Shown in pieces: positions 24,800 through 34,203 of a DNA stretch of 64,000 nt. The position numbers and the translations under genes are program-made. A model generated the notes under the pieces. That model searched no databases. It was given only the letters and a program-made list of their open reading frames with translations, and was not told the origin of the DNA. How positions within the stretch are numbered: position 1 is the first letter of the stretch; the number at the start of each line of letters is the position of its first letter. The stretch is from an uncultured virus (IMG/VR IMGVR_UViG_3300009177_000001) (taxonomy: Duplodnaviria > Heunggongvirae > Uroviricota > Caudoviricetes): IMG/VR virus record IMGVR_UViG_3300009177_000001; one strand, written 5' to 3'.

Positions 24800-26442
24800 C
24801 CGCGTCTCCGCTCATGCAGCTCGTCGCGGTGACCTGCGCCGCGTGCGGCCGTCCACTCACGGATGCGTTGTCGGCGCAGCTCGCGATGGGGCCCGACTGC
24901 CGTCAGCAATACGGCTACGTGCTCGACGGCGTGTCGTTCGGCGCGCGTGACGAGGCCAACCGGATCATGCACACCATCGCCGGCAACTACCTCGCGGGCG
25001 ACAACCTCCGGTTGGCGATCTTCCGGCTGTCCGAGCTGGGCTTCAACAAGGTGGCGCAGCGGATCGAACGGCGGCTCGGCCGCTGGATCGCGCAGACGAT
25101 GGCCGCGGCGGCACAGGCCGAGTTCAGCTTCGATGCGCCGGCCGCCGTGCCCGAAGAGCCTATCAAGCTCGACCTGCCGTTCGCGCTCACCGAGGGGCAG
25201 GATCGTGCGCGCGAGCTGGTCGGTCGCCTCCGCAAGGCAAAAGGCTTCGCTGTGGGCTTCGTCGTCGGTTTTGCAGGCACAGGCAAGACGACGGCCCTCA
25301 AGGTCTTCGCGGCGGAACACGGGACGCCCATCGTGATCACACCGACCGGTCGCGCGGCGCTGCGTGTGCGTGAAGCAACCGGGCTCAAGGCGTCGACGAT
25401 TCACCGGTGGCTTTACAAGCCGATCGAAGACGAGAAGACCGGCGCGGTGAAATTCACGCGTTCACGCGCCGAGGATCTCGCGGTCCCGCAGTCGCGCATG
25501 GTGCTGCTTGACGAAGCATCTATGGTGGGCCCGGATGTGTGGAAGGACGTGCGCAACGTCTGCGAGCAGCGAGAGTTGAAGCTCGTGGTGGTAGGCGACG
25601 GCTTTCAGCTGCCGCCGGTGCAGGCGCCGAACGCGCCGCCGTTCTCGGTGCTGTTGCCCGAGTTCGCCGCCAGCCTCGGTGCCGAGCGCGTGGAGATGAC
25701 CGAGGTGGTACGGCAAGCGCAGGGCTCACCGGTGATCCGTGCGTCTATGGCGCTCCGGAACGGTGAGGGCGTGCGAGCGCTGCGTGACCTTCAACGTGTC
25801 GAGACCGCGCAGCTGCGCGACGTGGTGACGGCGGTCCACAAAGCGGGCGGCGTGACCATCTGCCACCGCAACGTCACGCGCTACTCGTTGAATGCGGGTA
25901 TCCGGCAGACGTTAGGCATTTTCGACGAGATGCCACAGGTTGGAGAGCCGTTGCTTTGCCTCAAGAATACATACGAGGCTGGCATCGTGAACGGTGAGGC
26001 GTTCTCGTTTGAGGGCTGGATTAAGGCACAGGAAGATGGAGATGTGCTGCGGCCGGATATGCCGGAAATGGTCTACGATCGCTACAAGGACGTCAGGGAG
26101 ACCGTGCGCTTCGGCGCAACTCAGATCGGTAAGGTCAAGGTCTCCTTGGCATTGGAAGAGCTGCACGGACGACTGACGGTTGGTCAGCGTCCGCTTCTGG
26201 ACAGTGCTGCGAAATGGGCACGGCTCCAAAACCTGTTCTCGAACGATGCGCTAGCGCCACACGTGTCGGCCAACTTCGGTTACGCATACACCGCGCACAA
26301 GGCGCAGGGCAGCCAGTGGCCATTCGTGCTGGTGGTGCTCGAACCGTCCGTTAGGCTCGATCAAGAGGAAGGCCGTCGTTGGGCCTATACGGCAATTACT
26401 CGCGCGCAACAGCAAGCCGCGCTCCATTACGGAAGGGTGTGA
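24796..26442 (+). CDS. RecD/Dda-like SF1B helicase with N-terminal zinc finger (DUF6011-like)
   Basis: CAACGRPLTD..S...MGPDC, GFAGTGKT, LDEASM, GDGFQLPPV, YAYTAHKAQGSQW, YTAITRA. Confidence 0.92.
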   Translation: MTASPLMQLVAVTCAACGRPLTDALSAQLAMGPDCRQQYGYVLDGVSFGARDEANRIMHTIAGNYLAGDNLRLAIFRLSELGFNKVAQRIERRLGRWIAQTMAAAAQAEFSFDAPAAVPEEPIKLDLPFALTEGQDRARELVGRLRKAKGFAVGFVVGFAGTGKTTALKVFAAEHGTPIVITPTGRAALRVREATGLKASTIHRWLYKPIEDEKTGAVKFTRSRAEDLAVPQSRMVLLDEASMVGPDVWKDVRNVCEQRELKLVVVGDGFQLPPVQAPNAPPFSVLLPEFAASLGAERVEMTEVVRQAQGSPVIRASMALRNGEGVRALRDLQRVETAQLRDVVTAVHKAGGVTICHRNVTRYSLNAGIRQTLGIFDEMPQVGEPLLCLKNTYEAGIVNGEAFSFEGWIKAQEDGDVLRPDMPEMVYDRYKDVRETVRFGATQIGKVKVSLALEELHGRLTVGQRPLLDSAAKWARLQNLFSNDALAPHVSANFGYAYTAHKAQGSQWPFVLVVLEPSVRLDQEEGRRWAYTAITRAQQQAALHYGRV

Positions 26443-26446
26443 AACA

Positions 26447-27457
26447 ATGACGCCGCAAGAACACGCGCTCACGTTGATTTCGATGTTGCACCCCAATCCC
26501 GGTGCTTCAGCGCTGATCGAGATCACGGGGCTTGCGCCAAAAACCAAGCCGGTGAAGGACTACTATTTTCGCGCGGACCTGGCGGCGTCACACGCGTTGG
26601 AGCTGAACGCCGTGGGGTACTCGGCCTTCGTGAACTTGAACCCGCGCAAGGCGATGAGTGGCTTCGAGCACGACGTGCCGTACGTGACGTGCTTCGGTCT
26701 CGACGTCCAGCCCGAGCGCATTCCGCTGGCTGAGGCGCTGCGGCTTCTCGACGTCGCAGGGCTGCCGCCGACCGCAACAGCGGTGTCGGGGAACGGCGGG
26801 CACTTCTACTTCATCGTGCGACCGGCAGAGATTCACGCCGCCAAGCGCGTGTGGGAGCGGCTGTGCAAGTGGACGACGAGCGACGCCGTGTTCAACGTGA
26901 ACCGGATTTTCCGCTGTGCCGGGACCGTGAACTGGAAGCCTCCGGCGCCGCGCTGGTGCTACCTCACCGGCGTGTGGTCCGAGCGCGTCTACACCATCGA
27001 GCACATCGAGAGCCGGCTGAACGCTGTGGGGGCACCACCGGCGCGGACAGCGAAAGAGGGCATCCCGGTCCCGGTGAATCCGCCAGAAGACCTGATCGAG
27101 CTGCGCAAGCGGCTTTCGCCCGGCGTGCTGGACATCCTCGCCACCGGGGAGCGCAACATGTTCAGCGAGCGGCAGGTGACCCGCAGCGAAGCGGACTTCG
27201 TGGTGGTGTGCGGGCTCATCAATGCGGGCTGCTCCGACGCGATGATCGAGTGGGTGTACGAGACGCAGCCCGTGGGGCTCATGAAGTACCGAGAGGCAGG
27301 TCCGCGATATTTGCGGCAGACGATCGATGCTGCCCGGCGCGCGACAGCTGCACCCAAGCCACCGTCGGTGAGCGCGCGCTCTACGTACTACCCGACGTTC
27401 ACCGGCGGCGCGCGCGACGGCGGGCGGATGCGCGCGCTCAACGGCATGTACCGATAA
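26447..27457 (+). CDS. RepB-like archaeo-eukaryotic DNA primase
   Basis: GLDVQ, SGNGGHFY, NRIFRCAGTVNWK, C-terminal RSEADF helical domain. Confidence 0.8.
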   Translation: MTPQEHALTLISMLHPNPGASALIEITGLAPKTKPVKDYYFRADLAASHALELNAVGYSAFVNLNPRKAMSGFEHDVPYVTCFGLDVQPERIPLAEALRLLDVAGLPPTATAVSGNGGHFYFIVRPAEIHAAKRVWERLCKWTTSDAVFNVNRIFRCAGTVNWKPPAPRWCYLTGVWSERVYTIEHIESRLNAVGAPPARTAKEGIPVPVNPPEDLIELRKRLSPGVLDILATGERNMFSERQVTRSEADFVVVCGLINAGCSDAMIEWVYETQPVGLMKYREAGPRYLRQTIDAARRATAAPKPPSVSARSTYYPTFTGGARDGGRMRALNGMYR

Positions 27458-27468
27458 GGAGGACCGAG

Positions 27469-28383
27469 ATGATCGACTGGACTGATAGGCGCCCGATCGA
27501 CACGATGCCGTTCGGGTCGGACACGCCAGAGACGTCGCGCACCGAGACGGTGACGATCGTGCGCGGCATCCTGACGGCGTGCGGCTGCACGGTCGCCGAC
27601 GACATCACCAAGCTGGGGTGTACGGGGCTCGCGGCGCACGTGGAAAAGGTTGTGGCGTACCTCGCGACGCTGCCTGTTCTGCCCGTTCCCTTTGCCACCG
27701 ACCAGAACGAACTGGCGACGGCGTGGGGCCGCTTCCTCCGGCTCGGCCTCGCCGGCGGCGGTGTCGGTCTCCCCTGCTTCGTCCCACCGGACCGCTACTG
27801 CCTCATCCACGACACCATCGGGGGGTTGCAGGACGGCCAAGAGCAACACCACGCTGAGTTCGTGGGCGACGTGTCGCGCGAGCTGACGCCTGCGGAGCGC
27901 GCGAAGACCGCCATGGTGGAGTCCGCGCGGCGTGTGAAAGGCGCTGATGCGGCTTCCGAGCTGCTCACGGGATGGAAGCGTGGCGAGGCGGTGAAGGCGG
28001 TGAAGGAACGGCTGGAGGAGGAAGGCGTCGGTGAGCCTCCCGCGTCTGCGGCAGAAGAGGCGGAAGACGGTTCGAGATCTGACACCGCGATCCGCCGTAT
28101 GCTCGGCGGCGCAGTCGGCATGCCTGCTGCGACGCCGGCGTGGAAGTGCCCCGAGCACCCCACAACGAACTGGAGGTGCCGCTACTGTGTGGCACAAGCG
28201 GTAGTCGAGGGCCCGCTCGAACCAGTGTACGTGCTGGACGGCGATGACGACGGCGACATAACCGTGAACCTGGATGCAGCACAAATGGAGCGGAAACTGA
28301 TCGTGCACGACGAGGAGTGTGACGCACGGGTTACGTTGTACGCCCGCGTCGCACGCTTCACCCGCAAACTGTCACGAGACTGA
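27469..28383 (+). CDS. hypothetical protein
   Basis: AAGGAGG RBS; about 304 aa. Confidence 0.65.
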   Translation: MIDWTDRRPIDTMPFGSDTPETSRTETVTIVRGILTACGCTVADDITKLGCTGLAAHVEKVVAYLATLPVLPVPFATDQNELATAWGRFLRLGLAGGGVGLPCFVPPDRYCLIHDTIGGLQDGQEQHHAEFVGDVSRELTPAERAKTAMVESARRVKGADAASELLTGWKRGEAVKAVKERLEEEGVGEPPASAAEEAEDGSRSDTAIRRMLGGAVGMPAATPAWKCPEHPTTNWRCRYCVAQAVVEGPLEPVYVLDGDDDGDITVNLDAAQMERKLIVHDEECDARVTLYARVARFTRKLSRD

Positions 28384-28395
28384 AAGGACACGCAC

Positions 28396-28680
28396 ATGAT
28401 CGTTCGTCAGATTGATCTCAAGCACCACGTCGACGAGAACGGACAGATCGTCAAGACGGGTAACGGCGTAGTCATCCCGCAGGAAGAGCCGCTGATTCTC
28501 TTCCGCGGGCGTGACCGCCTGGCGGTGCCGCTGCTCAAGGAGTATCTGCAGCTGTGCATCGAGGACGGCTGCAACGACTACCAGCGGGGGCAGATCGAAG
28601 AGCTGATCGCCCGCTTCTCGTCGTTCGCGGCGGAGTACCCGCAGGTGATGAAGCAGCCCGGCGTGACGAGAGGGCTGTGA
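28396..28680 (+). CDS. phage hypothetical protein
   Basis: AAGGA RBS; EEPLILFRGRDRLA. Confidence 0.65.
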   Translation: MIVRQIDLKHHVDENGQIVKTGNGVVIPQEEPLILFRGRDRLAVPLLKEYLQLCIEDGCNDYQRGQIEELIARFSSFAAEYPQVMKQPGVTRGL

Positions 28681-29306
28681 GCCTGCTCATCGCGATCGAG
28701 GGGCTCGACGCCAGCGGAAAAAATACGCAGGCAAAGCGGCTGGCGTGGCGCCTCAACGGAATCGTCTTCGCCTTCCCTCGCTACGATGCGCTCCCGCTCG
28801 GCCCTGTGATTCGCGCGCACCTTCTCGGGCAGGTGGCGCTGCGCAAGTGGGACAAGGACGGCGCCGACCTCTACCCGATCCACGCGGCCGACGCGACGAT
28901 GTTCCAGAGCCTCATGCTCGCGGACAAGTGCGATGCCTCCGTGGAGATCCGAAAGATGCTCGCGGACGGCCGGCACGTCGTCTGCGACCGCTGGATCCCG
29001 TCGTCGCGCTGCTACGGCCGTGGCGACAGGATCGATCCGGGCTGGCTTGACCGGATGCATGCGCTGCTCCCGCAGGCGGACATCAACATCTTCATCAACG
29101 TGTCGCCAGAGGAGGCGCTGCGCCGGCGCCCCGAAGCGCGTGACCGATACGAGCGTGATCGGCAGAAGCAGGCGCTCGTGCGGCGCAACTACGAGCACCT
29201 CTGGGCGGAACACAAGGGTGATCCGCGCTGGGCCGTGATCGACGGCGAGGCCGACGTGGACACGGTGGAAGAGCACGTGTGGCAAGCCGTGCAGCGCGTG
29301 CTCTGA
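28677..29306 (+). CDS. tmk: thymidylate (dTMP) kinase
   Basis: IAIEGLDASGKNTQ P-loop, FPRY, CDRW. Confidence 0.92.
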   Translation: MSLLIAIEGLDASGKNTQAKRLAWRLNGIVFAFPRYDALPLGPVIRAHLLGQVALRKWDKDGADLYPIHAADATMFQSLMLADKCDASVEIRKMLADGRHVVCDRWIPSSRCYGRGDRIDPGWLDRMHALLPQADINIFINVSPEEALRRRPEARDRYERDRQKQALVRRNYEHLWAEHKGDPRWAVIDGEADVDTVEEHVWQAVQRVL

Positions 29307-29875
29307 TGAGAATCCTCATCGATCTCGATATGACGGTGGCGGACCTGCTCGGCACGTTGATACCGCTGCACAACGAGGAGAACGGCGACGACTTTACCAT
29401 CGAGCGCATGCTCACGTGGGAGATCCAGGATCACTGTCGCCCCGGCACCGCGGACAAGCTCGTGCAGCTCTTCGCGCGCCAGGGGCTCTTCTGGACGCTG
29501 AAGCCGCTGCCTGGCGCCGTCGAAGCCGTGAAGGAGCTGAACGAGAACCACGACGTGTACATCGTGACGGCAGCGGAGCACCCGTCGGGGTTCTCGGAGA
29601 AGGCGCGGTGGGTACACGAGTATCTTCCGTTCAGCCAGAAGCGCCGGTTCATCCTCGCGCACGACAAGCACTTGATCCGCGCCGACGTTCTCATCGACGA
29701 CAAGCCGGCGACGATTCAAGCGATGCGCGCCGAGCAGCCGTTCGCGCGCACGTACGGCATTTTGTACCCGTACAACGCCGCGCACGGCCACGCCTACACG
29801 CTGCTGGCACCGAGCTGGAAGGACACCGCGACGGCGTGGAACGCAATCGTCTCCGACATCAACGACAGGAGCTGA
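29306..29875 (+). CDS. 5'(3')-deoxyribonucleotidase (HAD, NT5C-like)
   Basis: ILIDLDMTVAD, PLPGAVE, VTA, LIDDKP. Confidence 0.9.
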   Translation: MRILIDLDMTVADLLGTLIPLHNEENGDDFTIERMLTWEIQDHCRPGTADKLVQLFARQGLFWTLKPLPGAVEAVKELNENHDVYIVTAAEHPSGFSEKARWVHEYLPFSQKRRFILAHDKHLIRADVLIDDKPATIQAMRAEQPFARTYGILYPYNAAHGHAYTLLAPSWKDTATAWNAIVSDINDRS

Positions 29876-29879
29876 CCAC

Positions 29880-30323
29880 ATGGGGTACATGACCGATGGG
29901 CTGACGTTCAACGTGCTCCGGCAGGCCAACTTGAGACGCCTGCCCGAGTTCCGGAACAAGAAAGGTGAAGTCGTCCACTCAGAGCCAGACGGCTCCGATT
30001 GGCCGCTGTCGCAGTGGGGGAACGCGCTCTTCGGCGAGATCGGAGAGGCGGCCGAGGCGTGGATGCGGCTCATCGCGCACGCTGGTGCAGCGGCCAACCT
30101 CATCAAGAAGGTCGAGCGCGGCGACGTGGCCCTCGAAGAGGCGCGCGACCAGCTCGCCGAGGAGTACGCGGACATCGCTACGTACCTCGACATCATCGCG
30201 CTGAACTCGGGCGTGGACCTCGGCGCGGCTGTCATGGCGAAGTTCAACAAGATCAGCGTGCGCGCGAAGAGCCGCGTGCGGATCCGCGAGGACGGCAGCG
30301 ACTGGTTCTACGTGGACAAATGA
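29880..30323 (+). CDS. MazG-like NTP pyrophosphohydrolase
   Basis: GEIGE, EEYADI, AVMAKFN. Confidence 0.8.
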   Translation: MGYMTDGLTFNVLRQANLRRLPEFRNKKGEVVHSEPDGSDWPLSQWGNALFGEIGEAAEAWMRLIAHAGAAANLIKKVERGDVALEEARDQLAEEYADIATYLDIIALNSGVDLGAAVMAKFNKISVRAKSRVRIREDGSDWFYVDK

Positions 30324-30330
30324 TCGAACG

Positions 30331-30996
30331 ATGGCCACACCTGCCAAAATTCTTGCGATAAGCCCTGGACCAACGCGAAAGCGCCGTGCGCCGAAGTACG
30401 TGCGAATAGACGTTGGGGACAGAATCAATAGGCTTACGGTCTTGGCTGTTAGAAACGTGACAAAGCGCTTCAGCTCGGGTAGTGAGCGTAACGTGAAAGA
30501 AGTGTACGTGCGATGCACGTGCGGGCGGGAGAAGTGGACCAACAGCGCTCACGTTGCAATGGAGCGGGTTAAATCTTGCGGTTGCTTGAACTACGAGCCA
30601 CGTTGCACCGATCCACATGTGCGAATCGCGCGCATTCTTAGGGCGATCACGCGCACTTCGGCTCGCGCGCGTGGAATAGCATTCCAGCTCGACATCGAGC
30701 ACATCGTTGCGATCGCATTTCTTCCTTGCTTTTATTGTGAGGAACCGCCCAACCGGCAACTCGATAAGGTCCGACCGTTTGCCGGCGCACCAATCGCATG
30801 TCACGGAATCGACCGCGTGGATTCAGCGTTAGGGTATACAGCTGAAAACGTCGTCACGTGTTGCTGGCAATGCAATCTAGCCAAGCTTGACTTTTCTGCC
30901 GAAGCGTTCTTGCAGCACGCTGAACGCGTTGCTGCACGCGCGCAAAACGTTAGAAGCCGATTACTACAACGCACGGGAGGGAAACGATGCGCGTAA
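30331..30996 (+). CDS. HNH-type homing endonuclease
   Basis: RLTV, CTCG, SCGC, PCFYC, GIDRVDSALGYTAENVVTCCWQCN; lower GC. Confidence 0.85.
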   Translation: MATPAKILAISPGPTRKRRAPKYVRIDVGDRINRLTVLAVRNVTKRFSSGSERNVKEVYVRCTCGREKWTNSAHVAMERVKSCGCLNYEPRCTDPHVRIARILRAITRTSARARGIAFQLDIEHIVAIAFLPCFYCEEPPNRQLDKVRPFAGAPIACHGIDRVDSALGYTAENVVTCCWQCNLAKLDFSAEAFLQHAERVAARAQNVRSRLLQRTGGKRCA

Positions 30997-31751
30997 CAGT
31001 GTTGGACCATGGCTATCTGGCGCTGGTCGAGTCGTGGGGTAGCGACGAGCGGATCGTCGAGGCGGCCCGGATGTCAACGGGCAAAGGGTTCTTGCGGTGG
31101 GACGCGGGGCCCTGCCCGTTGTGCTCTCCCGACGGCACCGCCAACGGTTCGGGCTGCTACGCCTGCGAAGGCAAGGGCGCCGTTCGCGGCGACGCTGTGC
31201 TGTTGAAGCGGCTGTGGGATGCCAAGCACGCCACCCCCTTCGAGATGGGTGGGATCGTGATCGAGGTGCAGGCGCCGATCTTCGTGTTTCGCGAATGGCA
31301 CCGCCACCGGACGCAGTCATACAACGAGATGTCGGCGCGCTACGTCCCGCTGCCCGACGTGAACTACGTCCCTAGCGTCGAGCGTCTTCTGATCAACAGC
31401 AAGACCAACAAGCAGGCGGGTACGGTGAAGGACGCCGCGGAGTTGACGGAGGGCGGCGCCATTACGTTTCGGCTTTCGCTTCGTCGCGTGTACGCCGAGG
31501 CCGAGGCGCTGTACCAAGCCGCGCTTCAGTCTGGCGTTCCGAAGGAACTGGCGCGGGTTCACCTGCCTGTCGGCCGCTACTCGCGGATGCGTGCGAGCGC
31601 GAACTTGCGCAACTGGCTGGCGTTCCTGACGCTCCGGATGGACTCCGCGGCGCAGTGGGAGATCCGGCAGTACGCGAACGCCGTAGGCGAGATCGTCGCC
31701 AAGGTCTTCCCGCGAACGTGGGAGCTGTTCTTGGAAGGGCGGGCGAAGTGA
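30987..31751 (+). CDS. thyX: FAD-dependent thymidylate synthase
   Basis: AARMS, HATPFE, REWHRHRTQSYNEMSARY, KELAR, AQWEIR. Confidence 0.95.
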   Translation: MRVTVLDHGYLALVESWGSDERIVEAARMSTGKGFLRWDAGPCPLCSPDGTANGSGCYACEGKGAVRGDAVLLKRLWDAKHATPFEMGGIVIEVQAPIFVFREWHRHRTQSYNEMSARYVPLPDVNYVPSVERLLINSKTNKQAGTVKDAAELTEGGAITFRLSLRRVYAEAEALYQAALQSGVPKELARVHLPVGRYSRMRASANLRNWLAFLTLRMDSAAQWEIRQYANAVGEIVAKVFPRTWELFLEGRAK

Positions 31752-31999
31752 GCCCCCCCACCAACCGCACCTGCGCTTACTGCCATCACCAGATGCTGGC
31801 CTACTTCAAGCTGCAGCGCTTCGACGCCCGCGGAGACCCAGCGCTGAACGTCGAGCTGTGCAGCCTGGTGTGTCTCCTCCAGTGGTTGCACACGACGACC
31901 ATCGAGCGCGGCGCTGATGCCATCGCGGCGGCGAAGGGCGTGTTCTCGCGTGTCGTCGAGGCCATCCGCGGGCCGAAGCTGCCGCCGGCCAAGCCGTGA
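31748..31999 (+). CDS. hypothetical protein (CxxC...CSxxC)
   Basis: GTGA overlap. Confidence 0.5.
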   Translation: MSPPTNRTCAYCHHQMLAYFKLQRFDARGDPALNVELCSLVCLLQWLHTTTIERGADAIAAAKGVFSRVVEAIRGPKLPPAKP

Positions 32000-32208
32000 T
32001 GCGCGGGCGAATCGGGCGAGACGCGGGACCAACGGAGCAAATCGCGGTGCGCTTGACACCACCCGTGCTGAAGGCGCTAGACGAATTGCGCGCCAAGCTC
32101 TCGCAGCCCGGCCTGGAGATCACGCGCGCCGATGCGGTCCGCGTGGCGCTTGAGAAGGGGCTAGAAGTGCTACGGCGCATCGACCAAGAGAACAAGGCCA
32201 AGCCATGA
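31996..32208 (+). CDS. ribbon-helix-helix protein
   Basis: QIAVRL..LD.L..TRADAVRVALE.GL. Confidence 0.75.
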   Translation: MMRGRIGRDAGPTEQIAVRLTPPVLKALDELRAKLSQPGLEITRADAVRVALEKGLEVLRRIDQENKAKP

Positions 32209-32516
32209 GAGTACGGGTAGCGGAGCGGCTGCGGGAATGCGTTCTCCTGGGAAGCCAGCTGACCGTTCCGTGTCATTGCGGAGACGCGGAATTGAGCATC
32301 GTGGACTGGTATCGAAAGGAATCAGGTCACGACTTCTCGGACGGCCGGGCGGAGGCCGCCGACATTGCAGAGTCCATCGCCTACTGCGAACCGCCGCAAC
32401 CAGATCGCACCGCGGCTCCATGTGGCCCGCTTGCCTGGTGCCAGGAATGCGCGAGGCACGAAGCCGCCATCATCGCCAGCCAGGTTCGTGAAGACAGGGC
32501 CGCGCTTTGCCGATGA
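32205..32516 (+). CDS. hypothetical protein
   Basis: ATGA overlap. Confidence 0.45.
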   Translation: MRVRVAERLRECVLLGSQLTVPCHCGDAELSIVDWYRKESGHDFSDGRAEAADIAESIAYCEPPQPDRTAAPCGPLAWCQECARHEAAIIASQVREDRAALCR

Positions 32517-32713
32517 CCACCAGCGACCCGTCACCGGAGGCGATGGAGAGGGCGCTGCCCGTCGCTATAGCTGTGCTGGATGAGTTTCTGGCCTGCATGC
32601 GTGAGGGCAGCCCTCGCAGCATGGGGCTCAGAGCTTTCTGCGCCACGGCCATCGCTCGCGCCATCGACGCCGCCACAGCTGAGGCCGTGGCGAAGGTGCA
32701 GGCGAAACCGTGA
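32513..32713 (+). CDS. hypothetical protein
   Basis: Overlaps at both ends. Confidence 0.45.
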   Translation: MTTSDPSPEAMERALPVAIAVLDEFLACMREGSPRSMGLRAFCATAIARAIDAATAEAVAKVQAKP

Positions 32714-32910
32714 CCGCCGAACAAGCGGCCGAAGCGAAGAAGGTGATCCGGCGTGCGCGCGAGGAGCTACTGACGCTGCTGCAACAGCACACGCCGGAGT
32801 TCGAGAGCGAGTGGCACGGGTATGTGAACGACGCGTGTGCAGCTCTTCGCGTCGCACTCGGTAGCCCGATCCCAGAACGGCTACCGGACACCCCTACGGT
32901 AGAACCGTGA
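32710..32910 (+). CDS. hypothetical protein
   Basis: GTGA overlap. Confidence 0.5.
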   Translation: MTAEQAAEAKKVIRRAREELLTLLQQHTPEFESEWHGYVNDACAALRVALGSPIPERLPDTPTVEP

Positions 32911-33549
32911 TGTCGAGTTCGCCCGCTTGAGCGCCCGGCGCATCGGCACGCCGGCGTCTGTGTTCTGCCACTCGTCGTACACCCGCCCGTCCGGGTCACG
33001 CACGATCATGCTCCCGCCGGGGCGCAGCTCGAACGAGCCGGGCGCGCCGGCGCGGAACCAGTCGGGCGTGACGAAGGACGACACGAGCACCACGCGCTTC
33101 TCCTCGGGCGTGACCGGCACCTCCACGGCGTATCGGTCGGCCTCCGCCGGGTCGGCGATCTCCAGGGCGCAGGATCTCCCGTCAGGCATGTCCACCCACA
33201 GGTTGCACGCGGGATCGGCCGCCAGCTCCAGCGCTTGGTGGGATAGCGACGCTGCCGTCATCGAGCCCTGCGCCATCACCACGGTGCTCACGGAAGGATC
33301 GCGGTAGCCCGGCACGCCATCCGCGTCGATCGTGTCGCTCACGATGAGCAGCCACAGCATCTCGTGCGCGAGCGGAAGCTTTCGCGGCGACGTGTAGAAG
33401 CGCACCGGCGCGTACGGCAGCCGTGGCCACGTGCGAGCGACCTGCGTGCGCATCTGCAGGTCGCACGCCATGGCGGCGCAGCTGACGTCGAAGTCGTCCA
33501 GCGCCGACTGATTGAGCACCGCGATGACCCTCTCCGACACGCCCTCCAT
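32881..33549 (-). CDS. zincin-like protein with a degenerate metal motif
   Basis: SHQALELAADP, EIADPAE, VSSFVTPDWF; start may be the GTG three codons later. Confidence 0.55.
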   Translation of the reverse strand: MEGVSERVIAVLNQSALDDFDVSCAAMACDLQMRTQVARTWPRLPYAPVRFYTSPRKLPLAHEMLWLLIVSDTIDADGVPGYRDPSVSTVVMAQGSMTAASLSHQALELAADPACNLWVDMPDGRSCALEIADPAEADRYAVEVPVTPEEKRVVLVSSFVTPDWFRAGAPGSFELRPGGSMIVRDPDGRVYDEWQNTDAGVPMRRALKRANSTSRFYRRGVR

Positions 33550-33612
33550 AGTACCTGTTTGACCCTCGCCGCCACATCGGTGTACGCTCGGGCGTAAGCG
33601 AGGTAACCGAAG

Positions 33613-34197
33613 ATGATTCTAGGCCAAGGTCGCACGTCCGGGTTCACGCGTCCTTCCGGCGCGTCGCCCAACTTCCAGCCGAAGCTGCCGAACACGGGGT
33701 TCTACAGCCACTTCCATCCGCTGGCGCTCGTCACGCGTTCGATGTCGTCGACGGGTGGGTACATGCCGCCGCTCAACCCAGGTATGGGTCCGGCACCGCT
33801 GCCGATGGTGCCCGCCCCCGCGGTGCAGGCTCCGGCGCCGATGGCTCCGGCGGTGCCGAAGGCCGGCGGCGTCGCCGGCGCGTTCGGCGGCGCGGGCTTC
33901 GGCTCGACCGGCGGCGTGCAGGGCCACATGCACGTGGACCCCTACATGGTGATGCGCCAGGGCGTGATCCCCGGTGTCGCGCCGAGCGGCCGGAACATTC
34001 GTGCGGGCGTGAACAACGCCGGTGCGCGGGTGAACTCGTCGATGCCGTTCCAGACGGCCGCGCTGCCCCCGCCGCCGCCCTCACCGGCCCCGATGCCGGC
34101 GCCCACCGCGACGGGCATCAAGGGCTTTCTCGGCGCGCTGCAGGACCACCTCGGGCTCACCCCGGCGCCGCACTTCCGCCGCTTCCGCCGCTGCTAA
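33613..34197 (+). CDS. Gly/Pro-rich putative virion protein
   Basis: GAGGT RBS, TTGACC-N18-TACGCT upstream, Arg-rich end. Confidence 0.55.
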   Translation: MILGQGRTSGFTRPSGASPNFQPKLPNTGFYSHFHPLALVTRSMSSTGGYMPPLNPGMGPAPLPMVPAPAVQAPAPMAPAVPKAGGVAGAFGGAGFGSTGGVQGHMHVDPYMVMRQGVIPGVAPSGRNIRAGVNNAGARVNSSMPFQTAALPPPPPSPAPMPAPTATGIKGFLGALQDHLGLTPAPHFRRFRRC

Positions 34198-34203
34198 CCC
34201 ACC

